Below are positions 1-9,897 of a stretch of 64,000 nt of DNA, piece after piece. Made by a program: the position numbers and the translations under genes. The number at the start of each line of letters is the position of its first letter. The stretch's first letter is position 1. The notes under the pieces are model-generated. The model was not told where the DNA came from. It saw only the letters and a list, made by a program, of their open reading frames with translations, and searched no databases. Origin of the DNA: an uncultured Spirochaetota bacterium (lineage in GTDB: Bacteria > Spirochaetota > Brevinematia > Brevinematales > JAOACQ01); assembly GCA_963783575.1 (NCBI GenBank), contig CAWAOD010000009.1, positions 512,001 to 576,000 of the forward strand, in the 5' to 3' direction.

Positions 1-1065
1 AAAGAGGATTTTAATTTAATAGGTGTCAGCAGCTATAGAAATCAAGCCAGGCTTGAGAAAATAATTTCTGAATTTCAACCCCGGTATGTCTGTCTTAAAA
101 AAGAGGATTATGATTTTATGAAAAAATTCCCCGGTATTGAATTCTTTCATGGGGAAAGTGGTTTGTCCGAATTAGCCTCACTTCCGGGCGCAGATACCAT
201 CATAATAGCTGTTTCTGGCATAGCTGGCCTCTACCCGACTATATCGGCGATAAAAAGCAAAAAAAGAATTCTATCGGCAAATAAGGAATCGATTGTTGCA
301 GCAGGCGAGATAATAAACAGGCTTTTATCCGAAAATCAAGCTTCCATAATTCCGATCGACAGCGAACATAATGCGATATTTAACATTTTCAGCAGGATGC
401 AGAAAAATTTTGTAAAAAACATTATTCTTACCGCTTCGGGAGGGCCATTTTTAAACAGGGAAATTACAAAAGATGTTAAAGTTGAAGATGTTTTAGATCA
501 TCCAACCTGGGAAATGGGCAGCTGCATAACGGTAAACAGTGCGACTATGATGAATAAAGGCTTTGAAGTTATTGAAGCCCACCATCTCTTCCATCTGGAT
601 TATAAACAGATAAAGGTACTTATCCATCCCCAGTCGCTGGCTCATGGAATTGTTGAGACTATTGACGGGACTTATTTTATTGCCGCATCCCCAAGTGATA
701 TGCGTTACCCCATAGCGCTTTCATTATTTTATCCGGAAATTCCTTCTCAAAAGTTTCCGCCGCTGGATTTAACAAATAAGCCTTTTGAATTTTTTGAACC
801 CGATTATAAGAAGTTTCCATTATTGAAACTTGCATATGAGGCCGGCAGGGAAGGAGGGCTTTTACCGGCTGTTTTAAATGCGGCAAACGAAGTTGTGGTG
901 GATGCGTTTTTGGATAATAGGGCGGATTTCTATTCATTAGCATCAATTATTCAAAAAATAGTTGAAATGTTTATTAACCGACCGGCATTAACGCTAACTA
1001 TAGAGGAAATACTGGAAGCAGACCGTCTTGCCAGATCAAATGCGCTGAGCTTATTAGCCCGCTAA
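1..1065 (+). CDS. dxr: 1-deoxy-D-xylulose-5-phosphate reductoisomerase (5' end outside the window)
   Basis: Frame is open from base 1; motifs ANKES, PIDSEHNAIF, LTASGGPF, HPTWEMG, NSATMMNKGFEVIEA, VLNAANE. Confidence 0.97.
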   Translation, partial: KEDFNLIGVSSYRNQARLEKIISEFQPRYVCLKKEDYDFMKKFPGIEFFHGESGLSELASLPGADTIIIAVSGIAGLYPTISAIKSKKRILSANKESIVAAGEIINRLLSENQASIIPIDSEHNAIFNIFSRMQKNFVKNIILTASGGPFLNREITKDVKVEDVLDHPTWEMGSCITVNSATMMNKGFEVIEAHHLFHLDYKQIKVLIHPQSLAHGIVETIDGTYFIAASPSDMRYPIALSLFYPEIPSQKFPPLDLTNKPFEFFEPDYKKFPLLKLAYEAGREGGLLPAVLNAANEVVVDAFLDNRADFYSLASIIQKIVEMFINRPALTLTIEEILEADRLARSNALSLLAR

Positions 1066-1128
1066 TTTTGATAATTTTCTTCCTTTAATATAAAATGAAT
1101 GGGTTATTTGGTTTATAGGAGACTTATT

Positions 1129-1878
1129 ATGATTCCAGTCTCAGTTAAATTCCTTGGCATTAAAATAACATCAATGACCAGAGATGAATTAAAGGAATTT
1201 CTAATTCAAACAATTTACGATAAAGAAAGGTTCAGAGTACTTTTTATTGATGAAAGAAAGATGTTTGTAAGCATATTCAATAAAGAGTTTCAAAATATCA
1301 TTAATAATAGTGAAATTGTGCTTTGTTCATCACAAACTGTAGCCTGGATGATAAAAGTTCTGACCGGGAAAGTCATCCCGATAATTATGCCGGTAACAAT
1401 ATTCCTTGATTTTATGAGGGCCTCGGATGAAATGAATTATACGGTATTTTTATTCGGAGGGAATAAATCAACATCTTTAGAAACGATTAAAAGAATAAGA
1501 AAATCATTTTCTCAGGCAAGGATCGTGGGAAATTACCGTTCCAACATTAAAAACAAAGAACTGGAAGACGTTCTTACAACAATCCGAAAGAGTTCTCCCC
1601 AGATATTTTTTGCAAGTTATGGCGGTGGTTATAAACAGGAAAAATGGCTTACCGGCAATGCAGGTTATTTTCAAAATTCCATCGTAGTTGGTCTGGACAG
1701 CGCGTTTCATATTATAGCAGGCAAACAAAAAATGCCTCCATTATGGTTCCAAAAAAAGGGCTGGAACGGATTCTTTTTATTTTTAACGCGTCCTTATAAT
1801 GTTTTAAGATTATTCCGGTTAACCGTATTATTCTTTATTACTATTTATAAAAAAATATTTTCAAAAAAGCAGGAATAA
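1129..1878 (+). CDS. WecB/TagA/CpsF family glycosyltransferase
   Basis: VFLFGG...IVGNY, SPQIFFASYGGGYKQEKW, AGKQKMPPLWFQKKGWNGFF match the family pattern; AGGAGA RBS supports ATG 1129. Confidence 0.8.
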   Translation: MIPVSVKFLGIKITSMTRDELKEFLIQTIYDKERFRVLFIDERKMFVSIFNKEFQNIINNSEIVLCSSQTVAWMIKVLTGKVIPIIMPVTIFLDFMRASDEMNYTVFLFGGNKSTSLETIKRIRKSFSQARIVGNYRSNIKNKELEDVLTTIRKSSPQIFFASYGGGYKQEKWLTGNAGYFQNSIVVGLDSAFHIIAGKQKMPPLWFQKKGWNGFFLFLTRPYNVLRLFRLTVLFFITIYKKIFSKKQE

Positions 1879-1882
1879 GTTA

Positions 1883-2932
1883 ATGAACCCAGTAATCAAA
1901 CCTGTATTTCTTCATGATGACAGGCTATATATAATAGATCAGAGACTTCTTCCTAATGAAGAAAAAATAATTGAACTTAGAAATGAGGATGAAGTTTATA
2001 GCGCGATCAAAACCCTCTCTGTAAGAGGTGCCCCGGCAATCGGAATTGCTGCGGCATATGGAGTTTATATTTCACTTAAGAATAAGAGTATTTCTAATAA
2101 AACAGTGTTTATAGAAAAGGCCATAGAGATCATCGAGCGAATTTCACTTAGCCGTCCAACGGCATTTAATCTTTTTTATGCAATGGACAGGATGAAAAAG
2201 TTATTAAATCCCTATATGACCAATACTGAAATTCTCAGTATGATTAAAGCGGAGGCTGAGGCGATCCATAATGAGGATATTGAAAAATCGATAAAAATCG
2301 CGGATTTCGGGTTAAGCGTGATCCCGGATAAAGCAAGGATCATCAGCCACTGTAATGCGGGCGGGCTTGCGACTGGCGGCCTTGGAACATCGCTTGCCGT
2401 AATTTACAGGGCTTTTCAGGAAAAAAAAGATATATTCGTTTATGTTGATGAAACAAGGCCTTTACTCCAGGGGTCAAGACTAACCGCCTGGGAATTAAGC
2501 AAAGCCGGTATAAAATATAAGATTATTTCCGACAGTATGGCAGGCTTATTAATGCAAAAAAATCTTGTTGATCTGGTGCTGGTCGGAGCCGACAGAATTG
2601 CCGCAAACGGTGATTTTGCAAATAAGATAGGTACTTATCCCCTGGCTGTACTTGCTCATTATCATGGAATTCCATTCTATACTGCTGCCCCGGTTTCAAC
2701 ATTCGATTTTACAATAAATTGCGGAAATGAAATACCCATAGAAGAAAGGGATAAAGATGAATTATTGAGCTTTAATGGCGTAAGAATAGCCCCAATTGAT
2801 GCGGATGCTTATAATCCGGCATTTGACGTGACTCCCGGAAGCCTTGTTACAGGAATAATTACTGAATTTGGGGTCATTTACCCGCCATTAAAATCAAATT
2901 TAATGAAAATTTCCGGGTTAACCCGAAAATGA
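1883..2932 (+). CDS. mtnA: S-methyl-5-thioribose-1-phosphate isomerase
   Basis: IIDQRLLP, VRGAPAIG, SRPTAFNL, HCNAGGLAT, DETRPLLQGSRLTAWEL, NKIGTY, NPAFDVTP. Confidence 0.96.
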   Translation: MNPVIKPVFLHDDRLYIIDQRLLPNEEKIIELRNEDEVYSAIKTLSVRGAPAIGIAAAYGVYISLKNKSISNKTVFIEKAIEIIERISLSRPTAFNLFYAMDRMKKLLNPYMTNTEILSMIKAEAEAIHNEDIEKSIKIADFGLSVIPDKARIISHCNAGGLATGGLGTSLAVIYRAFQEKKDIFVYVDETRPLLQGSRLTAWELSKAGIKYKIISDSMAGLLMQKNLVDLVLVGADRIAANGDFANKIGTYPLAVLAHYHGIPFYTAAPVSTFDFTINCGNEIPIEERDKDELLSFNGVRIAPIDADAYNPAFDVTPGSLVTGIITEFGVIYPPLKSNLMKISGLTRK

Positions 2933-2952
2933 TATGATAAAAGGATAAAACC

Positions 2953-4104
2953 ATGTTCGGTATGAAAAAAAAATTGGATCTTGGTATTTTAATCGGAGAA
3001 AACAGGCATAATTATTTATCTTTTGACGAATATACGGAACATTTTCTTCTGCCGTTCTCACCGCGTTTTACAAATATAGATTTTGCCGTAAGTTCCCTAT
3101 CATCAATCGACATAAAAAATATTGTAATTCTGGCAAAGCGGGATAAAGATATCATACTTAATTATGTTGTAAAAGGCTGGCCGTCGATCAATTTTTTTGT
3201 CTTCGATTATATTGATATAAAAGAAAAATTTCTTCAGTTTGTATCGGAATATACTCAGGAACATTCCCTTGAACTAATAGTTATTATGAAAGGAAACTTC
3301 CCGGTCTGGTTTGATATGAAGTTTTTAAAAGAAGTGATGGAGAAGTCTGAAAATATTGCGATTAGAACCAAATATGAGAAGGAATATGTATTTTCCGGTA
3401 TTGTTGTTGAAAAGAATATCTTTATTAAAAAATATGAAAATCTTATTTTTGATGAATCAAATCTGGATGTTGACATTATACAAAAAATCACCGATGAATT
3501 CAAAATGCATACTATTGATGCCAGTGGATATATTATGCCTTTCAGAAGTTTAAAAGAATACTACAATATTCATATCGACATGCTTGATGATTACCTTGTA
3601 TTTGACCGTTTTAATGCTTATGTTCCGATCAGAGGCGATCTTGCAATGAATATAACGTCAAACCTGGGCCGCGGTTCACATATCATTAATTCAATAATGG
3701 GTGAAAATGTTGAGATTTCAGGTAAAATTGAGAATTCAGTCATTTTCTCAAATGTAAAAGTCGGCCGAAATGCTTATATAAAAAATTCTCTTATATTTCC
3801 GGGGAACCATATCGGGAGCAATGTACAGATTATTAATTCAATTATTGACGAATTCTCTGAAGATAATACTCTTCCTAATATTGAGCCGTATTCGGTAATC
3901 GGGAATGATAAACCTTCAGGAATAAATGAAAAATTCCCCGATATTCTTAATTTTGGAGTTACCCTTATCGGTAAAGACGCCAGACTTCCCGCCAGCACAA
4001 AAATAGGGGCAAATTGCTACCTCGACAGTTTTATTCCGGCATCGGTAATCAGGGAAAATAAAAAAATTAATGATGGAGTATCAATATTAAGGGAAAATCC
4101 TTAA
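2953..4104 (+). CDS. Glucose-1-phosphate adenylyltransferase-like protein (GlgC/GlgD-like, degenerate nucleotidyltransferase motif, C-terminal left-handed beta helix)
   Basis: LLPFSPRFTNIDFAVSS resembles the GlgC VPFGGKYRIIDF segment; C-terminal hexapeptide repeats (IENSVIFSNVKVG); canonical GGxGxRL absent. Confidence 0.65.
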   Translation: MFGMKKKLDLGILIGENRHNYLSFDEYTEHFLLPFSPRFTNIDFAVSSLSSIDIKNIVILAKRDKDIILNYVVKGWPSINFFVFDYIDIKEKFLQFVSEYTQEHSLELIVIMKGNFPVWFDMKFLKEVMEKSENIAIRTKYEKEYVFSGIVVEKNIFIKKYENLIFDESNLDVDIIQKITDEFKMHTIDASGYIMPFRSLKEYYNIHIDMLDDYLVFDRFNAYVPIRGDLAMNITSNLGRGSHIINSIMGENVEISGKIENSVIFSNVKVGRNAYIKNSLIFPGNHIGSNVQIINSIIDEFSEDNTLPNIEPYSVIGNDKPSGINEKFPDILNFGVTLIGKDARLPASTKIGANCYLDSFIPASVIRENKKINDGVSILRENP

Positions 4105-4220
4105 TCTATTGAATATATATTTCTAATAAGTTGCCCATCGTCCCCGCCTTTCAAAAAATTATGACAATTCGAAATAAACCATTCTTAAATTAACATTCAA
4201 TATAAAATAGTTGTTGGCAT

Positions 4221-4249
4221 TTGACAATAATTATTTTTTCATTTATAAT
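4221..4249 (+). promoter_or_regulatory. Consensus sigma70 promoter of the speE fusion gene
   Basis: TTGACA (4221-4226), 17-bp spacer, TATAAT (4244-4249). Confidence 0.85.
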
Positions 4250-4276
4250 TGGCATATGCTAAAATAGGAGAATGGA

Positions 4277-6048
4277 ATGGGGCTGATCAAAAAGCAGAAT
4301 GAATTGTGGTTTTTGAAGATCTTTATAATGATGTGACTTATGGTTTTAAGGTTTCAAAAGTATTGGTTCCCGAGGCCAATACCGGCATTCAAAAAATTAT
4401 GATTCTGGATACCGAAAGGCTGGGCCGCGTTCTTATTCTGGATGGTATAGTCCAGCTTACTGAGGAGGACGAGGGAATTTATCATGAATGGATTACTCAC
4501 TGGCCGCTGTTTTCACTGGACAAGACTGGCAAGAACGTGCTGATAATCGGAGGCGGGGACGGCGGTGTCGCCCGTGAAGTTCTGCGGCACAGGTCGGTCA
4601 AAAATTTAACAATGGTTGAAATTGACAGAATGGTTGTGGATAAATGCAGGGAATACTTGCACTCTTTATCGGAAGGCGTCTGGGATGATCCGCGTTTTAA
4701 ACTTCTGATTGGCGACGGCGCTGAAGCTTTACGGTCTCTAAAAGATAAATTTGATGTGATTATTATAGACTCTATCGATCCTATAGGACCTGCCAAAAGT
4801 TTCTTCAGTACCGAATTTTATCAAAGCGTTTATGATTCTCTCAAAGACGGTGGTATAGCGGTTCATCAAACCGGTTCTTTGATTTTACAGCCTTCCGAAT
4901 GTCCTGGAAGCTGGCGTCAGATAGAACGTTCTTTTGATGATATCCTCGTCATGCAATTCAGCAATGTAAGTTATATGGGCGGCCCTTTCAGCCTGACAGC
5001 CGGTTCAAAAGGCAGGAATGTTTTTCAAAAAGCTGTACAAAACTCGAAAAAAGTCTATAAAAAATCAGGCATAAAATGCAGCTGGTATTCTCCAAATATT
5101 CCAGCGATTGTTTACCCTGAGTTTCAGAAACGTATGGAACAGGATAAATACGGTGAAGAAGTTATTATGGATATAGAATTGAGAAATAATAAAATCCCGC
5201 CGGTGGAAAAAGTTACCGAATGGAGCAGACAAACTTGTGAAGCCATTAATATGAGGGCATTCGGTACACCATTAGTATCTAAACAAGAATTCGGTGAAGG
5301 TGATACTCTGGTACAGTACGTTGAGACCAGCGCCATTAATTACCGGCAGTATGGTTCAAACGGATGCGCTTATCTGCCTGTGAATGATGCCGTTAAATAT
5401 TCGCTTGGTTATTTCGGGGCCATTAAAGGGGCTTTTTGGCATATTCCCAGGGGTTCATTTGCAGGACTAAGCGAGATCCGTAAACACAGTCTTATTTATA
5501 TGGCAGAGTTATCACAGAACGGGAATAATCTGAAACACACTGATAAAATATACAGGGCAAAACTCATTAATTGTATGGAAGTGCTAACGGGAAATTTCAA
5601 ACTTTCTGTAGAAGAGGGTTTTTCGCCTGCTTTTGAATTGATTATTGATCTTTATAACTGCGATTATAGAACTATTTCTTCCTCAACAGCAGTAGCCAAA
5701 TGGGCTTCGCTCGATCTATGTAAGGCAGCCGGGCTGAAACCGTTAGGAAAAGCGGACGCCCCTGATTTCGGCCATGCCAAGAAAAAAACCTCCGGGCCTT
5801 CTGTTACCCAGTTTCTGAAACACGGCTCCAATATCAGTCATTATTCAGAAAACTGGCTTATGATCCTAATTAACATTGTTTCTGCCAAACCGTTTTCCAT
5901 CCGCGAAGTCCTTGCTTCGGCCTTTAAGTATTTTAAGGGTGAAAGGGCTGTGTGCTGGCTTTTGCCCCGTGGATGCGGCGGCAAAAATCTTAAGCGGATC
6001 GCCGAAAAGACATTGATTTTTGAGGTAATGAAAAAAGACCTGGAGTAA
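4277..6048 (+). CDS. speE: Spermidine synthase fused to two C-terminal SpeD/AdoMetDC-like domains (ORF track start 4306; likely true start 4277 with one T missing in the T-run near 4310)
   Basis: LDGIVQLTEEDEGIYHE, VLIIGGGDGG, VEID, IIIDSIDPIGPA; C-terminal repeats YGEEVIMD...QYVETSAIN...IPRG and FELIIDLYNC...SVTQFL...LPRG; AGGAG + ATG 4277 would give MGLIKKQNELWFFEDLY. Confidence 0.85.
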
Positions 6049-6083
6049 CCCGGTCAAATTACCCCCTTTTAAGGAGGTTTAAA

Positions 6084-6353
6084 GTGCCTGCAACAAACGC
6101 TTTTATCAGGTTTATAGGTTTCATAAAAGGTTTTCTATACGAAATAGTAGGCTTTGATACAGCCAATTTTGCACTGACAACCAGAAGAAAAATGGAACAT
6201 ATGCTCATGCTTGTAACCATAGGCGATTTGCTCGGCATACCGATCATGCCGTCATATTATAGTATTCGCTTTCTGCCTTATTTTGTTTCTCAAATATCCG
6301 CCTGGAAAAAAAGCATGTTGCGTGAAAGGGATTTTATTGACTCTTTATTTTGA
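6084..6353 (+). CDS. Small hypothetical protein resembling the short proteins found beside cstA/arsA genes
   Basis: Strong RBS AAGGAGG; motif MLMLVTIGDLLGIPIMPSYYSIRFLPY...WKKSMLRERD. Confidence 0.5.
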   Translation: MPATNAFIRFIGFIKGFLYEIVGFDTANFALTTRRKMEHMLMLVTIGDLLGIPIMPSYYSIRFLPYFVSQISAWKKSMLRERDFIDSLF

Positions 6354-6416
6354 TATTCACTTTGATAAAAACAATGTTTTTTTATAGCTAAGCATATACA
6401 GATATTTGGAGGATAT

Positions 6417-6881
6417 ATGCCGCGTCCCATGAAATGCAGAAAAATCGACTTCAGCCCGACAACCCTTTTTTTTAAGCCCGCTGGCATTCCTTTAAGAGAA
6501 TTGGAAATAATCACCTTAACTCTGGATGAACTTGAAGCAGTTCGTCTTGCTGATTTCCAATGTTTATATCAGGAGGAAGCTGCTCAAAAAATGAATATCT
6601 CAAGACAAACATTTGGAAATATTATATCATCAGCAAGAAGTAAAATTGCGGATGCGCTTATTAATGGGAAAGCCATAAAAATTGAAGGAGGTTTTGTTGA
6701 TATAGTTGAAAGAAAATTTATTTGTTATGACTGCAAACATGAATGGACTTTACCCTTTGGAACAGGTCATCCAGCCAAATGTCCCGAGTGTCAAGGCGTT
6801 AATGTACACCGTAATCCTGAAGATCGTGGGCAATCTCATCATGGCAGAGGTTGCAGACATCAAAATAATGGAAATCAATAA
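6417..6881 (+). CDS. DUF134 putative DNA-binding protein with C-terminal Zn ribbon
   Basis: MPRPMKCRKI, FKPAG, DELEAVRLADF, QEEAAQKMNISRQTFG; CYDC...CPEC. Confidence 0.88.
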   Translation: MPRPMKCRKIDFSPTTLFFKPAGIPLRELEIITLTLDELEAVRLADFQCLYQEEAAQKMNISRQTFGNIISSARSKIADALINGKAIKIEGGFVDIVERKFICYDCKHEWTLPFGTGHPAKCPECQGVNVHRNPEDRGQSHHGRGCRHQNNGNQ

Positions 6882-6894
6882 ATAGAAGAAATTT

Positions 6895-7251
6895 ATGGAA
6901 ATCATAGGCTTTAGTATTCTTGGAGCTATTAACGGCACTTTGAGCGGCTTTTTAGGAATAGGCGGTGCAATGATTATTATACCTGTTTTAGTTTATATTT
7001 TTGGTTTCGATCAGAAAACGGCACAGTGTACAACTCTTTTACTGATGCTTCCGCCCATTGGCCTTTTTGCGGCGCTTGAATATCATAAAGCAGGTTTTAC
7101 CAATATTAAAGCAGGAATTTTTATTGCTATATTTTTCATAATTGGAAGTTGGATTTCCAGTAAATTTGCGGTCAAATTGAATCCCGATATTATCAGAAAA
7201 ATATTTGCCTGTTCTTTAATGCTAATATCGATCAGAATGTTTTTTAAATAA
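6895..7251 (+). CDS. TauE/SafE sulfite exporter family membrane protein (half-size)
   Basis: SGFLGIGGAMIIIPVL, QKTAQCTTL, hydrophobic. Confidence 0.8.
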   Translation: MEIIGFSILGAINGTLSGFLGIGGAMIIIPVLVYIFGFDQKTAQCTTLLLMLPPIGLFAALEYHKAGFTNIKAGIFIAIFFIIGSWISSKFAVKLNPDIIRKIFACSLMLISIRMFFK

Positions 7252-7265
7252 ATATTTTTGGAGGA

Positions 7266-7640
7266 ATGTATATGATTTTAGCTATCCCAACGGAAAACAT
7301 GAGCGGAGATCTTTCTGTTGTTTATGGACACTTTGGTAGCGCACCCTTTTATGCTTTTTACAATTCATCTAATGAAAAATTAGATTTTGTTGACAACGGC
7401 AATAAAGAGCATGAGCATGGCCAGTGCCAGCCGGTAGATGAATTGATGGAAAAGAAGGTTGAAGCAGTTATTTGCAATGGAATGGGACTTCGTGCTATCA
7501 ATAATCTTAATTCACTTAGCATCAAAGTTTATTTTGCCGACAATGCCCTTAATGTTGGTGAAATTGTAACGATGTTTAAAAATGGTGAATTAAAAGAGCT
7601 TCTTTCCGCTAATGCTTGCCAGCACCATAATTGCCATTGA
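7266..7640 (+). CDS. NifB/NifX family (FeMo-cofactor biosynthesis-like) protein
   Basis: HFGSAPFY, HEHGQC, VICNGMGLRA, C-terminal CQHHNCH. Confidence 0.85.
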   Translation: MYMILAIPTENMSGDLSVVYGHFGSAPFYAFYNSSNEKLDFVDNGNKEHEHGQCQPVDELMEKKVEAVICNGMGLRAINNLNSLSIKVYFADNALNVGEIVTMFKNGELKELLSANACQHHNCH

Positions 7641-7729
7641 TTAGTCTATTCAACCAATTTCCCCATAGTCAGCACAAGGATAGCATTACCCATGTTTCTT
7701 CCCTGTGCTGATATTTTAGAGGTAAATTT

Positions 7730-8106
7730 ATGGTAAATATTACAAAAATCCGGGCGCGTTATGAAGAAAACGACCAAATGGGATTTATCCATCATTCAAA
7801 ACACATAGTCTGGATGGAACTTGCAAGAATGAATTTATTTCGTGAATGTGGCGTAAGTTGTCGTGAGCTTGAAACAAACGGTATTCTTTTACCTGTTACT
7901 CAAGTTATTACAAAATATGCTTCTCCGGCTTACTTTGATAATGAAGTTTATATTCATGCGGCTTTTACAAAAATCTCTCATGCTAAATTCGTGTAGATTA
8001 TTTAATTTTCAGGAATGAAAAAGAACGGCTTTGTTATGGTTATACCGAACATTGTTTTTTAACTAAAGAAACAAAAAAAACGATATGTTCCAGAGCAGGT
8101 TTATAA
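7730..8106 (+). CDS. Acyl-CoA thioesterase (YbgC/4HBT family), frameshifted near 7990
   Basis: RARYEENDQMGFIHHS, WMELAR, YASPAYFD; continues in another frame as VDYLIFRNEKERLCYGYTEHCF. Confidence 0.75.
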
Positions 8107-8198
8107 TAAGCTTAAATTATCAAAAACGGCAGCATATTGGAAAACCAGCAAAGTGGTCTGAAAAAGTTCCTAAACTAAAATATTTAATGGAGAACATT

Positions 8199-8967
8199 AT
8201 GCCCTATTTGCAATTTTATAATAAAAAAATATTTTATAACATTACAGGAAAAGGTTCTCCGTTGCTTTTGCTTCATAATGGGTTTTACAGCACCGCAACT
8301 TGGGATGGTATAAGAGAACAGTTCGCAAAGCACTTTATGGTGATTGATTATGACCGTTATGGATATGGCAAGTCAAGGTTTTCCGGCGAAACTACCGATA
8401 CTGGTACACATGCTGACATTGTTGAAGCAGGAGTACTAGAATTATCAGAGGTTATCAAGGCTTTAAATTTGGATACTGTGAAAATAGTGGGACATTGTAT
8501 TGGTGGGGCCATCTCTTTTTTATATGCAGTTCGAAATCCTGGTAAGGTCAAAAAATTAGTACCCGTATCTGTTGGGTATTATGGTGATGAAACGTCCATA
8601 TTAAAAACCGGACTTACCTTTAGATCATTTGATGATCTCAATCCAATCGTAAAATCCCTTGTTATATCAGGCTCATGGTGACAAAAATTATGCAGAGGAA
8701 TTTTTTAATAAAATACGCCATTCAAAGAATAGTTATATCATGTCGGAAACATATGATATTCGAGAAGAAATAAAACAAATTGATTGTCCTGTTTTCATTG
8801 TTAACGGGGATAGGGATTATTATTTTAATGTCTTTCAACCTCTTGAAATTTATGAAATGTTAAAAAGAAAGGCAAAATTGTGGATTGCGCCTGGAGTTGG
8901 GCATGATGTGCATTTGGAATCCCCCAATTATTTTGTTTCCTATCTTCTTGATTTTCTAAAGGATTAG
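8199..8967 (+). CDS. Alpha/beta hydrolase, frameshifted at the CCC near 8657 (ORFs 8085..8681 + 8659..8967)
   Basis: LLLLHNG, DYDRYGYGKS, GHCIGG (Cys at the nucleophile position), NGDRD, GVGHDVH; GGAG RBS before ATG 8199. Confidence 0.8.
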
Positions 8968-9036
8968 ATATAAAAACATATGATCCATTTACTGTTTTTC
9001 ATAAAATATTCGGAATATTAATTCTAGGAGAAAGTT

Positions 9037-9681
9037 ATGACTGACTGGAACGATTTATTTAAAAATCAAGACTTGGTTATTAATGAGCCTAATGTAAAAC
9101 TGGTAGAATACTTTGAAACAATAAAAAAAATAGATTTCCCACAAAATATTATTGATCTTGGTTGTGGAACTGGCAGACACTCTGTTTGTTTCGCCGAAAA
9201 AGGTTATAAAGTCCATGCTGTTGATTCATCTGTAAATGCGCTTGAAATTTTAAAACAAAACATTAAACCTAATTATGATATTCAGATTTCACAATTAGAT
9301 TTACAAGACCTTTCCACCATTCAAGAAAAGTTTGATTTTGCTGTATGTATAAATGTTTTAAGTCACGGCAAATATAATGAAATTGAAAAAATGTTTTATG
9401 AAATCGAGCGAATAATTAAAAATAATGGAATACTTTTTTTGATAATAACTCCTGTTGAATTTTATAAATATGTAGCTGGACCAGATACTATAGAGGTTGA
9501 AAAAAACTCTTTTTTACATATTAATGCTCCAGACGGCGATATAATTCACCATTTTTTTACTGAAGAAGAAGTCAGACATTTATTAAGAAATTATCAGGAT
9601 GTATCAGTTAAAAATATTATGGAATACAGCCCTTGGCAAAAAAAGGAAGTTGAACATTTTTTGGTAATCGCAAAAAAATAA
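9037..9681 (+). CDS. Class I SAM-dependent methyltransferase
   Basis: IIDLGCGTGRH, AVDSS, FDFAVC, RIIKNNG. Confidence 0.9.
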   Translation: MTDWNDLFKNQDLVINEPNVKLVEYFETIKKIDFPQNIIDLGCGTGRHSVCFAEKGYKVHAVDSSVNALEILKQNIKPNYDIQISQLDLQDLSTIQEKFDFAVCINVLSHGKYNEIEKMFYEIERIIKNNGILFLIITPVEFYKYVAGPDTIEVEKNSFLHINAPDGDIIHHFFTEEEVRHLLRNYQDVSVKNIMEYSPWQKKEVEHFLVIAKK

Positions 9682-9878
9682 ACGAAATTAAACGGGTGCT
9701 AAAAAAAGATGGAATGCTTTTTATAGTTAATGGATACCCTAAAGTGGGGACAAAATGGTATGATATTGTGAAATTTAAGAATGACAATGAATACAGGTCT
9801 TTTTTAACAAAATGCGGTTTCAGGGAAATTATCATAGATATTGAAAAAAATACAATAATGATAAGAGCATTTAAGTGA
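9681..9878 (+). pseudogene. C-terminal remnant of another methyltransferase
   Basis: Reads NEIKRVLKKDGMLFIVN...LTKCGFREI (motif III and C-terminus) with no N-terminal SAM-binding motif. Confidence 0.5.
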
Positions 9879-9897
9879 TTTCCCATAAGGTGGTTTT

